64,000 bases of DNA from Podarcis melisellensis. Lineage: Eukaryota. The stretch is taken from assembly GCA_964234715.1 (NCBI GenBank), contig OZ174286.1; one strand, given 5' to 3'. The position numbers were made by a program, and so were the translations under genes. Every line of letters begins with the position of its first letter. Position 1 is the first letter of the stretch. The notes beneath the pieces were generated by a model, which had not been told where the DNA came from, ran no database searches, and worked only from the letters and a program-made list of their open reading frames with translations. Positions 25,713 through 39,989 of the stretch are shown here, one piece after another.

Positions 25713-26572
25713 TATTTCCTACCTTCCAAAGCATGCTATTCACACTACTACACGGTTCTAAGGGACGTTTTCAACTTCCAGCAAATGTAGTTTGATATTT
25801 AGGCAGTAATCCTATAACTACTTACCTAGGAGTAAGCCCCATTGAACTCAGTGGTACTTACATGCATAGGATCGTACTGCCATGTCTCCCAGTACATGAA
25901 ACAGGTTCATAGCCTTCCACCCTATCCAGGACTCGTTCATCATCTCGCTGCAATTTATCTTGGTTTGGTGGCTGCAGAGTCTCTACAGATAAACACAACA
26001 GAGGAAAAACAGATGAATCAGATCTTTGACAGCCATAATGGGTTCAAGGTAGCATTATGTAAACATTATTAAGTGCAATAAACACATGTCAGCATTAGAC
26101 ACTCTTATGTGGATGTGCCAGTAAGAGTTACCATGAACTTCTTAGTCATAATGTCTTTCTAACTTTATGTAGATAGTATAATAGCAGTTCAAGCAGTGCT
26201 GCAGCCTTGACGGGAAATCTTTACCCTGTAATAGATAGGCCAGGTCTGAAAGAGTGCCACTGGGAGACTGTACGCTTTCATTCATATAGATGCTGCGCAT
26301 TTGTCGGACTGACAGGGAGGCTGGCCACCAGCTTTTGCAGTGTAATTACTAGTAGAGCAGTGTTTTAGAGGCCCTGTTTGCTCCCGCCCATCCGGAAAAC
26401 AGGTGCGGTGTGTGAGTTTTAACGTGAAATGTAGGACTATGTCCTGAATGGTGATTTTTAACTCTGCTGAAATAGGTATTTTTGCATTCTTACACAAGTA
26501 AGAAGAGGGAGGATAAATGTCAAGGTTCAGGGAATCCGATCTTTCGCATGCAGGACGACCAAGAATTGGAAT

Positions 26573-26834
26573 CAGGGGTCAGCAATTTTTTTCAGCAGGG
26601 GGCCGGTCCACAGTCCCTCAGACCCTGTGGGGGGCCGGACTATATTTTGAAGAAAATATATTTTATTTCAATTTTGTAAATTTTATTAAATGATTTTGTT
26701 TAAAATGCATCTGTGGGTTAATTGTGGGGCATATAAATTTGTTCATTTTTTTCTCTCCAAAATATAGTCCGGGTCCCCACAATGTCTGTGGGACAGTGGA
26801 CCGGCCCCCTGCTGAAAAAAATTGCTGACCCCTG
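26573..26834. mobile_element. hAT MITE derivative made of two inverted copies of the same end
   Basis: CAGGGGTCAGCAATTTTTTTCAGCAGGGGGCCGGTCCAC... at both ends in inverted orientation. Confidence 0.8.
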
Positions 26835-29445
26835 CTCTAGATGTTGTTGTACACCAGCTCCCATCATCTCTGGTCACTGACCAGGCTATCTGAGGCTGAT
26901 GTAAGTTGGGAGTCCAACAATATCTGGAGTGCCACACAGGTTCCCCACACCTGCCCTAGGCACCCTAAGAAAATTTACAGCCTTCTACTTGAGGCGCTTC
27001 ACTTTCCCCCTTGCACTAGCCATTTTCTGCTACTCCAGCAGCAGGAAGTTCCACAAGTTAACACTTAGTCCTCCAGATGAAGCTAGGGACTGGTCTACTC
27101 TTGTGCTGCATCTTGGAGATTTCAATCCTTCCACGCCAAATGCTCCAAAAGGAAAATGTAAGTAGACGACAGCATTTTATTATGTTGTCTGTCAGTTTGC
27201 TTTTTATTACGTTTTTAACATTGATGTACTGTAATATGTTTTTAATGTTGTACAACACCCTGGGATCTTTGGATAAAGGGTGGTATATAAATGAATATTT
27301 ATAATAAATTGAATATTTATTATTAGTAGTAGTTTATTATTACTCCTGTTCCTTTTTCTATTTCTTCCTCACTTCCATCACAAACACAGGTTGGAGGTGT
27401 TTTAAATGCCCCCTTCTCAAGATTAGGTGTTTTAGTGACAAGGCCAGATTTGAATCAGCAGTCTGGCCCCACCCCTTGATAATGATTGACAGGAGGGGGT
27501 GGATACAGAGTGGAGAAATTAGGGCAGTGCAGCTGGTAGGTAAGTGGGCTTTGGGATCAACATTCAACCCCCATAGTGTGGAATTTCAAGCCCAAAGACC
27601 AATAGCGGCCCTCTAAACCTCTCCACCTGGCCCTTGGATCTCTCTCTCCAGGTCATACCTCTCCCCGGCTCTGCTCTGCACCCTCCCTGAGTGTTTTTGC
27701 CCAGATAGACTGTGTACCTAAGTACTGACAATGCCTACTACTTGTCTGGATGGTGGACACAGAGGAATGGGTGGGGCTAAAATACTGTGCAAAGGTTCCA
27801 TTTTCATTTGTTGCTCCACCCACTTTGCCTCTGGCTTCACCCTTCATTGATATATGGCCCTCAGAAGGTTCTGCAGAAAGGAATGTGGCCCCTGGTCTAA
27901 GAAAGGACCCCCACTCCAGCTCAAACCCTTTCTACACACACACATAAATAAAATCGGGACAGAACTAAATTCTCTATGTTCTCTCTCCCCCTGACACATG
28001 TGCACAGTGACAAATTTGATGACCCCTTTGCTAGCTGAGACTAATGGCCAATATTTAATATGATGTAACGTGTTTTCTTCTTTCTTCATTTTCTATCACA
28101 CTTCCAGTCATGCCAAACCAGATTTCCTAACCCTGGTCTCTCTTCCAGCTGCTGATCTAGTATGGGGAAGATTCCTATCTCGCTTCTTTCCCATTCTGGG
28201 TTCTGTGATTATTTAAAAACTGTAATTAAGATTGTATAGAAACATGGAATTAAACTACCAACTTCTTAAGGCAATTGGTGCCTTGTGAATAATTAAAGTA
28301 AAAATTGCCAATGGAATTGACGCCAGTGTGGATCTGTGAATCAATTAAGTTGTCAAAATATTGCTGTGTAGTGCCCTCAAAGGAAATTTGCTCCCGAAGT
28401 GTGTATTTAAGGGCAATTTCACTGTATTCCTGCAAGATTAACCATTATTTTAATATATACCTATTGTGGTGATTTAAAAACTAGCCCGCAAATGAATATG
28501 CTAATATCTGATTCTGTGGAAACGAGTGATTACGCCACTTTCTAACATCCTTGGCAAAAGCTCCTTTGATCAATTATTTCTTGTTTAACTTCTTTTGCTA
28601 TACTTTTGGATGTCACACTCAACTTCTAGCTGCGAATAAAAGGGGCTTAACAAAGATAAGAGCACTACAGGGATTCATAATGGTGAAATCACTTACTTGC
28701 GCTTCTCATCTCTACGAGCAAATGTCTGAAGTGAAATTAATTTGGTGATCCCAGGTTAGTCTGCAACGGGCCCTGGCCCATGCCTCAAATAAGCTAAATT
28801 ATTGTTATTATCGCTATGTTCTAGTTGTAACAATAGAAGTTAATTGAGCTGTCCTAATCATTTAATTTCTGGTATTAAAATGAAAATGTTTGTGTTTGAT
28901 GAGAGCTGCCATGCCTTAAAGGGATTTGAACTGAGAGAACAGCTAGCCTGCATTTAACCAAGTGTCCATTTTCACTGGTACCAGAGCCAGGTTTTCCGTG
29001 CTATGTTTTCTACATCTCTAATGCAAAGATGAGAAACTTGTGGCTGTTCAGATTTTGTTGGACTCTCAGCTCTCATCAGTCCCATCCAGCCTCATCAATA
29101 GTAGTCCAACAACACCTGGAGGGGCTACCCTGTTTTAAAGAAATGGAACCACTTGGGTGCAAGCCATATTCTGTAAATGCCCTGGGTTCAAACAAACAAA
29201 CGAATGAATGAATGGCAAGCAGGACAGAAGCAATAACTTTTAATCTCTCCCCCGCCCAAATCTGGGACATTTGCAGACTGCTTTTATTGGTATTTGGCTA
29301 GCTTCTGTCAGAAAATAGAATACTGACTAGAGGAAACATTGGTTTGATCTAACAAGACAATGATGTTGATGGATTTTATCCTACTCTTCAGCCACAAAAA
29401 GTGAACGGAAGTGATAATGCAATCCCTACCCTCAGGTTTACAGTG

Positions 29446-29447
<2 letters not shown>

Positions 29448-29477
<30 letters not shown>
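29448..29477. repeat. (TG)n microsatellite
   Basis: Tandem dinucleotide run. Confidence 0.95.
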
Positions 29478-29480
<3 letters not shown>

Positions 29481-30624
29481 CATAACACAAAAGGAAAAGG
29501 GACTGGTAGGGAGGAACTGGAAAGCTAGCTCAGGCACTCTTTCTTAAGTTATGGAATTTTTGTAGTGACCAGATAGGAGAAAGAACAGAACAGAATAGAA
29601 TATTCATCTTAAAATTCCTCAGCATAGCATATAAGCAAGGAAGAGAGTATTACTGATGCATAGGGTGGTCTTTAAAGCCATTATATCCACAGCATACATT
29701 TAAGCACATTTATGCTTTAATTCCCCCCCCCCCAATAAATCTGGGAACTGTGGTTTGTTAAGAGTGTCAGGAGTTGTTAGGACATCCCTTACAGAGCTAT
29801 AGCTTTCAGATTTCCACTGTAAGGTCACCGAATGGGCTGTTCATTCTTAAACACCAGAGCCCCAACTCATGATAGGGTTATTTTTGAGCGTTCAGTTGTT
29901 CAGCTTACATATTTGTAAATAAACTCAAATATAAACTTATTTTCTCATCTGGATAAGACTTCAATTTTCTGAAGGAAGGCTTCCTTCCTCTAATATCTTT
30001 CCTCTGCTTGCTAACCATGCAAGTATCCTGTTGGCCTTGGTGGTACTTTTCCTGCTCTGCTGTGTACCTTTCAGCTTAGCTTCTGTGATTGTGGTTTTTG
30101 AGTGTCTCCCAAACATCCTGGATAAATTTAGCCTCCTTGACTCTGTGGGAGAGCACCCAAAACAACATTCTTCTATGTATTTGCCCATAGTTCATTTTAG
30201 AACTGAAATACTGATATAGATACTATTTTATTTTAGGGGTGTCCACTTTGCATTCCTCTCTTCTGTAAAACTTCAGATATATAAAACTCATACCCTCCAA
30301 CACTTTGAAGCCAAGATCTGAGTCACCGTCTTACCATTTCTTGCGAGAGCATGGCAGCCATTTTGGTTACCACAATCTCTCATGATTTCACCCGCCCACC
30401 CTGCCCCTAAAAAGGACTTTTGGGGATCATGGCCCCCCAAAACACACATTCAGGGCACCGCACAAGATTGCAGCCTCAAAAAAGGCATTTTTGGGGGGCG
30501 GGGAGAAGAATCACACTGCAAATTCATGTGAGATCGCGATGATCAAAATGGCCGCTGTTCCCTCACGTTAAGAAACACTGGGTGTCCCAGTTTTTCCAGG
30601 ACACTTTCAGGGCATGTAATCATT

Positions 30625-30833
30625 CATTTATTGCATTAATATCCTACCTTTTTGCTCTCCAAAGAGCTCAAGGTGGCATACATGGTCTCCTCCTGGACTC
30701 ATTTAATCCCCACAACAATCCTGTGAGGTAAACTAAGCTGAGAGGATGTGACTGGCCTAAGGTCATCCAGTGAGCTTCATGGAATTGAACCTTGGTCTCT
30801 CAGGTCTTAGTCCAACATTCGAACTAACACCAC
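30625..30833 (-). mobile_element. Old MIR/CORE-like tRNA SINE
   Basis: CCCCACAACAATCCTGTGAGGTA...GCTGAGAG...TGACTGGCCTAAGGTCA core motifs. Confidence 0.7.
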
Positions 30834-33800
30834 AAACTATTTACTTTGATAAACTGTGCTGCCTCCCCCCCACCCACCCATCTTTTTCTGTTTCAATGGA
30901 TTATATTTTAGTAAGCTGGATAAATGGGTGTTTTCTGAATATGACTAGCATCGTATGGTTTTGCTTGTTTCTGAGATATTGTGACCAGAACTCTATGACT
31001 ATTGAACAACCAGATATGGATGCGCCAGTTGATTTAAATGTATGGCCTGCTTTATGCACAAGGCTACTGTACATATAAATGTACTTCGGAATAGACAAAT
31101 ATGTATACGTTATACAATAAAAACCAGCTGTTGCCGATCTATATTCTCTTGCCGACAGAGTGAAGCAGAGCAATCAAGTGCCTTGTGACCCTCAACAGCC
31201 TCACTCCTGTCCCTTTTAAATTTATCCCACGGATTTGAAATGTCTTAACTTGTATTAATTTTTTAAAATAATTTTTTATTGGAAATTTTATTTACAACAT
31301 AACATAAACCCCCCAATAAAGAAATCCACCCTTATTAAACGTGAACATAACATACAATAAGCATAACATACAACAATACAAAGAACCAAATAAAAGACTT
31401 CCTTTAGCCTGTATTTAAGTTATAATTAGAAAAATCTTAAAGGAAACAGCTGATAAGAAGTAAATAAGGAGGCCAGATGCCAGATACTGAAATGTGTTAA
31501 CTTGTAATGCCAATAAAGGGATTTGTGTTGTATTGTATTGTATTGTCTCTGAGGACCATCCTTCCAGCCATGGCTGGGCTGTTGTAATATCTTCTTAGAA
31601 TACCAGCAAAATAGCCTGGTCACAAAAAGTGATGGCCTGGTCATAATTTTGAAAACGGAACAGGTTTTGCTGAGTTGTCGTGTGTGTGTGTATTTGGGGA
31701 CATGGAGGGAAGGGATGTCTTAAAATAAAATGAGAGAGAGAGTCTCATGGGGGAAACGAACAAGAGAAGCGAGGACGAAGGGACGTGGATGAAGCTCTCC
31801 AATACTAATAAAAGGCTTCATTCACCTCAGGCCCAGAGCAAAAAGTGCTGTACTTGCACCTTGGTATTAAACAATAAAAGAAACAAGAGAGGCCTGTCAT
31901 TCAGGGAGAAGATGCGCCTCTGACTTCCATTCAGTCTGATGTGGATAAAAAGGGAGGGAAAAACCTGGGGAGGAGAGGGTTTGATTAATGAGCTTTTGTG
32001 GTTGTTTGTAACCAAGTTCACCCCTATTCTGTCTGCACTAAGGTAACCCCGTTTGAGACTAACTGCTAAATGTTTATCAACTAGCTACTAAATGTTTCTT
32101 TCATATTGTTCTGCTCCATGCTGGCTTCATAGATTTAGGCACGTGGCTGATAAGGTAAAAATATTCGCACAGGTTATTATCTTAGCTTTCAAAAACAATG
32201 AAGAGAGAAAGTACATAATAAAACATTTGCATGTCATTTGTGTAGGTTTTTTTTTAAAAATGAAGATTTCAGAATAGCCTGAAGGAATTGTGTAGGGCAA
32301 ATGTATCTATCATCTTGTTTTCACCTTTGCAGATAACAATAATCAATAATAATAATATTAATAAAAAATAAATATTTATTTATACCCCTCCCATCTGGCT
32401 GTGTTTCCCCAGCCCCTCTGGAGGCTACTCTTGTGTATCCTACATAGAATTCCTTAATAGTTTTCTGTGGGTTTCTGGGTGGCTGCTGCATTTGACAACC
32501 AAAATGGAAGTTCTTTCCAGACATTTTCCTGGACAGTTACATAAAATTTGCAACAATCCAGCTCCCTGACAGAATTGCCGTACAATAAGAGACACTTGCC
32601 AGATGGCCTCAATTCGTGAGAAATATGTGTTTCTAATGCACACACGTCAAAACCAATTCAGCATGCAATTTTAACCTTGGGGATTTGACTGTTTTTTTCG
32701 ACAGAATCTGTTGCTGGTGGAGACGAAAACATTATTGAAAATGGTGAACCGCTACATAGAGGAACAGGTCAAGACAAACAAATAGGGTCAACTTACTCAG
32801 TGAGGTCCTACCTATTCAGTTTCCTTTTGAAGAGAATTTTCAGGGACGGAGCTAGAGTTTCATCTTTTCATGTGTGAAAGGTATGTGTATCTACCACCAA
32901 AGGCACATTGAAAGTGGTCCAATACAAAAAGCTCATTGCGCAACAACTGAACTATCAACCGCAGCCTATCTAAAAGCCTGAAATCTCTAGCCTGCTTCAA
33001 GGCAACATATAACTCAAGCAACAAAGACCGGAAGTGCGGAGGTGTCTATTCTTGTAGGCATAGCTTTGAGCAAAAGAGCTTATTGCATAATCACAGCCTT
33101 TAGAAAAAGGCAGGTATAAGTGTAGAAAGAATGAAGGCAATGGGATTGAGGGTTAAGGCACTGGTGATGTAACACAGTGATACCCCACAGCTGGCTAAGG
33201 AACATAATTTAAAAAGAGGAAAAGTGTCACCAAAGCAGATGGCACAAATTTGCATATAATCTACATATGGTAATTAGTACTTACGGATGTACATTTATAA
33301 GTAATTACTGTACTTTCAAAGAAAATATGATACATCTCATCATGACTGACCTGTTTTGTTGTTCAGTCTGCTATATAGGTGCTAACCGTTGATGCATCTT
33401 TATGTCTCTCCTTCCCACTTCTTAAAGGTTTATCCTTAAATGAAACTTGAACAGAATAAGCCAGAGTTGACAGATTGAAATCTTATATGTAATTGAAGTC
33501 ACGTGTAGTAGACAGCTCTTCTTTTAACCAGCTAAAGATTTTGTCTTTTTCGAAGGTTCCAGAAGGGGTGTTCTTCAGCCTATTTTAAAAGTGATTTATT
33601 GCGCCTTGGCTTGAAGTTGCATGTGATGAGGGGCAAGCAGAAATGCTCTAAATGTATAAATATCCAAATGTATGGTACAGCATGAAGTACCCACTTGTGC
33701 GGCTTAAAAACAGAGTGTCTTGCCGAAAATTAAAGCTACAACGAATGCTTGTTTTTAAGTGATCAACCATTACTTTTGGTATTACAAGCATGTGTATATA

Positions 33801-34325
33801 GATCCCTTATAGCTTACTGTCATGTAATGCTTTATAAATGATACTTAATAAACAACAGCTGTGAGTCTTACAGAAGTATTCATCAAGGCACACATTCATT
33901 AATGGTAAATCACTTTTGACTGGTAGGATGCTAGTGGCTGGCATGTAATCTTTTAATGGCCTGTGCTTTGAGTAATGCAGATCAATTCTTTTGTCATGAA
34001 GTAATACAGGAGGAATAATGTGCTAGTGTTTTCGTAAGGACAAAATAGTTATAAAAGCTCACTTGGCTATCTGTGGGCTATGAGGGTTGCGGAAGGGATA
34101 AGGCATCCTTTGCCAACCTGGTGCACAGTGGACTAGGGCTGATGGGAGCTGTGGTCCAGAAAATCTAGAGGGCACCAGCTTAGTGAAGACAATAGCATCT
34201 ATGCAGACTTGCTATCTGTTAACGTTAGTGAACCAGCATTACAGTTATAGTTGGTTTTCTTTCCATTTTTAATTTGTATGCTGACTTTCTACATTACTGT
34301 ACTCAAAGTAGTCTAAAACCCACAT

Positions 34326-34941
34326 TTTCTTGTTGCGATTGGCATCTGTCTGTCTCAAGAGTCAATGGAGTGGACCTCGAGGGGTGAAGTCTGCTGGTTA
34401 GCAGCACCAAAGTGACCTCAGGGCACAAGCCTGGGCATTGTGCATGGAGATCCTGGGTTGCCCCAACAACAAGACCCTGCTCTCAGCCTCACTGATGTGG
34501 TCCAAAGGAAAGCAGAGCAATACGTCTGGCATCAGACTGGCTGCAGGAGTTACCGAAAGGAGGTGTACAAGGAGCCATCCAACCATCTCGGGTTGACAAG
34601 CCCCACCTGCCCCTCACTTCTCTCTACAACATGTGCAGAAACTGCCTTCTTGACCTTTAGACCTACTGTTGGTCTCGTCCGCCCAATCTGCCAGAGCCTG
34701 TCTTCGCATGCAGGAGAAGTCCCTAATTCACAGAGAGTTTGAGACCCATTGGCTACCCTGACCAGGTTTAGCTGGCCAGTCGAAGCCATTCCTGGGGTGT
34801 GGCCACTTTCACATGCTGACAGTTTCTAGGAGCTGAGTACAGGGTGGGGAGCAACTTTGGGCAAACTACCCCAGAAGGAGCATGACAGGTCCCCCAACAG
34901 AAGTACTACCCTCCCCTAAGACCCCACACACCCCAAAAATG
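34326..34941 (-). mobile_element. Non-autonomous RTE-derived element sharing its 3' end with the RTE at 15.7 kb
   Basis: 34339-34390 matches 15723-15771; no RT-coding sequence; possible 8-bp TSD ACCCACAT. Confidence 0.7.
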
Positions 34942-35813
34942 ACCCACATAAATGACAAAATATGCAACAAAAGTATGCCATCGTGCAATAACAATTCAAA
35001 ATAAAAATAAGCACTCAACAAAACTTAGGAATCCTTTTCACATGTAATATGAGCTAGTATAATATCAGTAAAGGACAGTAAAATAAGTCACATCCATCTA
35101 CTGCAATAAATGAATTCTTAAGTTTTGAACAAACTAAACAATATCAGCAAAATGTAATAACATATAGTGCCACAGACTATGCAAAAATTATAAATTTACT
35201 ACTTCCACATACATTGTTTGCGATGTTCATTTTAAATTTTATTGATTGTATTGCCAGGCAACTACTCAAGGTGATAAGCTCCCAGGGCAATGCTACCAGA
35301 CTTTTGGGGTCTTTGTAATATTTGTTTCATTTTCACAGGCCCATCCTCTCTATAAGTCTTAATAAATGGTGGAGCTTATATTGGTGAAGGCATTCCTGGA
35401 GAAACGCTAGACAATCAGAATCAAAGGCTTGTAGAATTGAAAGGGACCCCAAAGTCCAACCCCCTGCAATGCAGGAATCTCAACATGAAGGTCCCCCATC
35501 CAATTTGAAACCATGCTGGACTCCGCTTAGCTTTGCAAATGTACTAGCAGCTTTATTGCTCTTGTTGTAAAGTTTTGCAGCTGATATAACTAACACCTTA
35601 AAATACGCACAGGAAAGCATAGTAAACCAGTGCAAATTCTAATGAACTGGTCTTTGTGAGCTCTCAACCAGCAGATAGGCTGCACTAACTGTAACTCTAG
35701 ACACTCTTCAACAGTAGCTCCCTGTACAGTGCACTTCAGTACAATAATCAACATGAAAGTATAGTAATGCATGTGTGACACTGTATAACATCCCAGTTCA
35801 GTAGGATCCCAGT

Positions 35814-36190
35814 GGGACGCAGGTGGTGCTGTGGTCTAAACCACAGAGCTTCTTGGGCTTGCTGATCATAAGGTCAACAATTTGAATCCGTGTTAGATTG
35901 AAATCCCGTTGCTCTGTCCCAGCTCCTGCCAACCTTGCAGTTTGAAAGCACACCAGTGCAAGTAGATAAGTAGATACCGCTGTGGCGGGAAGGTAAACGG
36001 CATTTCCGTGCCCTCTGGTTTCCATCACGGTGTTCTGTTGCGCCAGAAGTGGTTTGGTCATGCTGGCCACATGACCCAGAAAGCTGTCTGTTGACAAACG
36101 CCAGCTTCCTCGGCCTGAAAGCAAGATGAGCTCCACAACTCCATAGTTGCCTTTGACTGGACTTAACCGACCAGGGTTTTATCTTTACCT
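35814..36190 (+). mobile_element. Sauria SINE, near full length
   Basis: GGGACGCAGGTGGTGCTGTGGTCTAAA head; TTTATCTTTACCT tail. Confidence 0.9.
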
Positions 36191-37885
36191 GACTAGGAAG
36201 CAGTCAGAATATTAACAATGTAGTTCTTTTATAAGCAAGCCTATACAGAAGTAAGCCACATGGGACTTGGGACTTACTCCCAAGTAACTCTATAGAATTG
36301 CAGCCTTAACTAGAACAAGAAATATTGGAGTTCTTATCTCAGGGCTCTCATTGTAAGTCAATTCACACAGTTCTTTTTTATGCATTGAGTGGTGGGCTGC
36401 TAGGCTATGGGGACTGCTGAGAATTCAGTGAAGCAGTGCTGGAAACCTTGTTAAACTACTGAACGTTGTACATTACACACCATACCAAATAAATTAAAAT
36501 CTGAAACTCTGAAAAATCTGAGTTTGGGTTACTAACTACACTTCCTGTTTAAGGAGTAATAATATTTAATATTCTGATTCGGTTCCCACATCACTTTGAA
36601 GGAATGTCTGCAAATGTCAGTAGGCATATCTGAGTTGAATCTCCAGAAAAGATCTGAAGAGCCACTGCATTTTATTTCCTGCACAGTCAAATCTGTAATG
36701 TGGTCATTTTGAAACAGTCTATTATTCCAGCTGCTTTCCTCTTTTATGGTTACTTTAAATTTATGGCCTCCATGATGTACTTCCCAATGGACTTAACATT
36801 GAGAATCAGCAGCTCTACAAATCTCCTGCCAACGGACTTTCATCTTCCCTGTTAATTTGTGTACTTGTGAAGAATGTGGCCATAAATCACAAAGAACACC
36901 TTAGCCAAAGCAAATGTAGCCCTATTTTCAGGCACACAGACACACACCCAGTGGCAAGTGGTGGCTAAGAGTTGCACACAGTGGTGCACTTAATTTTTTT
37001 ATTTGTCATCTCATGTCAGCTCATTCTCTTCGCGATCTTGCCACTTAGCCTGCATACAGGGCTATTTGTCAATATAATCTCTCAGATTTCCAAGAATATA
37101 TTTAATCAGCTGAAAACAAGAGCAAGTCATAAACTTCAATGAAACAGAATTTAGAAGAAGAGACAATGAATACTGCTTTGCTTTGGAGAATGCCATGTTG
37201 TTGCCCTGCAGTCTTATTCATGTGCATAATGTTTTGCTTCACAATTCTTCCAGGTATCTATCCAAATAATACATTGAAGCAGAGGGCTGTGCACTGAAGC
37301 ACAGAATGGGTGTTCAAGCTATGCATAATTAACAAATATTACTTTATCTAAGTTTCAGGTCTGATAATCTGAATATCAGATTCTACAAAATAACAAAAAC
37401 TGAGTGATTACAGAGTGAAGCAGTGAGGGGGCCCCTGTGGAATATCATGGTTATTGCCATTAAATCAATATTTTTTGTATGTGTTTGATATGATGGAAAC
37501 ATTACATAGGGAAGTGACTAGATCAGATAGATACGTAAAAATTTGCTCTGTGTGCTGGAAGAGTTAAATCAGAATTTATTTTATTGCCAGAGAATATCAC
37601 CTACCATAAGAGTAGGCAGACTTTAGGCTTGTGGGATCTACTTACCGGTATGTGTTGTTGTTGTTGTTTACTAAAACCATCAGATCCACCAGTCAGAGCC
37701 TACCCTGCTTCACACTTCACATTTGTATCCCGTATGAGAATTTATCTGACCACACGCACAGCCCAAGTCTTTCTGCAGAAAAATCGACTTCAGGCTTTCC
37801 CCAAGCTTTCTTCATTGTGGCAGTATAATTTAAGGGTGAGAGGAGAATCTTCCCCAACACAGTGCCCTTCAGCTGTTTTGGACTA

Positions 37886-38127
37886 CAGTGGCACCTTGTT
37901 TCTCAAACAGCTTAGTTGCCGAACAAATCGGCTCCTGAACGCTACAAACCCAGAAGTAAGTGTTCCGGTTTGCAAACATTTTTCAGAAGCTGAGCATCCA
38001 ATGTGGCTTCCATTTGAGTGCAGGAAGCTCTTGCAGCCAATCGGAAGCCACGCCTTGTTTTTTGAACAGTTTCATGAGTCGAACGGATTTCCAGAACGGA
38101 TTAAGTTCAAGAACCAAGGTACCACTG
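37886..38127. mobile_element. Tigger-like MITE
   Basis: TA-CAGTGGCACCTTG ... CAAGGTACCACTG-TA. Confidence 0.85.
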
Positions 38128-38820
38128 TACAACTTTCATCAGTCCCACCCAGCATGGACAACAGTCAAAATGTAGTTCAAAATATGTGTAGGACAAGAGG
38201 GAAGCCCGTTGCAACAGGCTTTAGATAACGTCTATTATGTTGAGCCACCTTAACTAACAAAGAGCATCAAGAGAACTGTCTCTTCAGCTAGCTCCATGTA
38301 AAAGCATGGCTTTAATAGTATTTACAAACCATGACTGTTCCTTCAGATGGTTTTAGATTCAGCTGTATGTCATGATTAAGGATGCAATGATACAAAATTT
38401 TCTTTGAAACCTAGGACTTGTAAGAAAAAGCAATTTATATGCGTTGTATATGCGATATAACGTTTTGCCACCAGATGACGATGTGGAGTCCCATTTTTTT
38501 CTCTACCTGTTTTCCCTGTTTAAATTTACAACACTTTAAACCAAAACACTTCTTTGATGCGTCTAGGTCCAGCCATAGAGAGCTTCTGCCGCCTCTTTGT
38601 CTTCATTGGATATGGGGTAATCGATATTGTTGGACTACAGTCCTAGCCAGTATGGCCAATGGTCAAGGTGATAGGAGTTGTAGTCTAGCAACATCTGAAG
38701 GGCATGTTGGCTACCTTTGAACAGTGTTCAGAAGCCATTGTGAAACAGGATGGGTCCAGAAAAATGAATTCCCTTGCTGTCATCAGGTGAGAGCTCACAG
38801 CATCTCTAGGGAAGATGCCT

Positions 38821-39972
38821 GTTGTTGTTGTTGTTTAGTCGTTTAGTCGTGTTTGACTCTTCGTGACCCCATGGACCAGAGCATGCCAGGCACTCCTGTC
38901 TTCCACTGCCTCCTGCAGTTTGGTCAAACTCATGCTGGTAGCTTCGAGAACACTGTCCAACCATCTCGTCCTCTGTCGTCCCCTTCTCCTTGTGCCCTCC
39001 ATCTTTCCCAACATCAGGGTCTTTTCCAGGGAGTCTTCTCTTCTCATGAGGTGGCCAAAGTATTGGAGCCTCAGCTTCAGGATCTGTCCTTCCTGTGAGC
39101 ACTCAGGGCTGATTTCCTTAAGGATGGATAGGTTTGATCTTCTTGCAGTCCATGGGACTCTCAAGAGTCTCCTTCAGCACCATAATTCAAAAGCATCAAT
39201 TCTTCGGCGATCAGCCTTCTTTATGGTCCAGCTCTCACTTCCATACATCACTACTGGGAAAACCATAGCTTTAACTATACAGACCTTTGTTGGCAAGGTG
39301 ATGTCTCTGCTTTTTAAGATGCTATCCAGGTTTGTCATTGCTTTTCTCCCAAGAAGCAGGCGTCCCTTAATTTCATGACTGCTGCCACCATCTGCACTGA
39401 TCATGGAGCCCAAGAAAGTAAATTCTCTCACTGCCTCCATTTCTTCTCCTTCTATTTGCCAGGAGGTGATGGGACCAGTGGCCATGATCTTCGGTTTTTT
39501 TGATGTTGAGCTTCAAACCATATTTTGCGCTCTCCTCTTTCACCCTCATTAAAAGGTTATTTAATTCCTCCTCACTTTCTGCCATCAGTGTTGTGTCATC
39601 TGCATATCTGAGGTTGTTGATTTTTCTTCTGGCAATCTTAATTCCGGCTAGGGATTCATCCAGCCCAGCCTTTCGCATGATGAATTCTGCATATAAGTTA
39701 AATAAGCAGGGAGACAATATACAGTCTTGTCATATTCCTTTCCCAATTTTGAATCAATCAGTTGTTCCATATCCAGTTCTAACTGTAGCTTCTTGTCCCA
39801 CATAGAGATTTCTCAGGAGACAGATGAGGTGATCAGGCACTCCCATTTCTTTGAGAACTTGCCATAGTTTGCTGTGGTCGACACAGTCAAAGGCTTTTGC
39901 ATAGTCAATGAAGCAGAAGTAGATATCTTTCTGGAACTCTCTAGCTTTCTCCATAATCCAGCGCATGTTTGC
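38821..39972 (-). mobile_element. Bov-B (RTE) LINE, 5'-truncated
   Basis: RT motifs CFIDYAKAFDCVDH, LRYADDTTL, LKLRLQYFGHLMRR; (CAA)n tail; 13-bp TSD AGGGAAGATGCCT / AGGGAAGCTGCCT; frameshifts. Confidence 0.95.
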
Positions 39973-39989
39973 AGGGAAGCTGCCTAGGA

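Noticed and set aside
37584-38228. 214-aa ORF
   Set aside because: Non-ATG start, reads through a non-coding MITE, no recognisable domain
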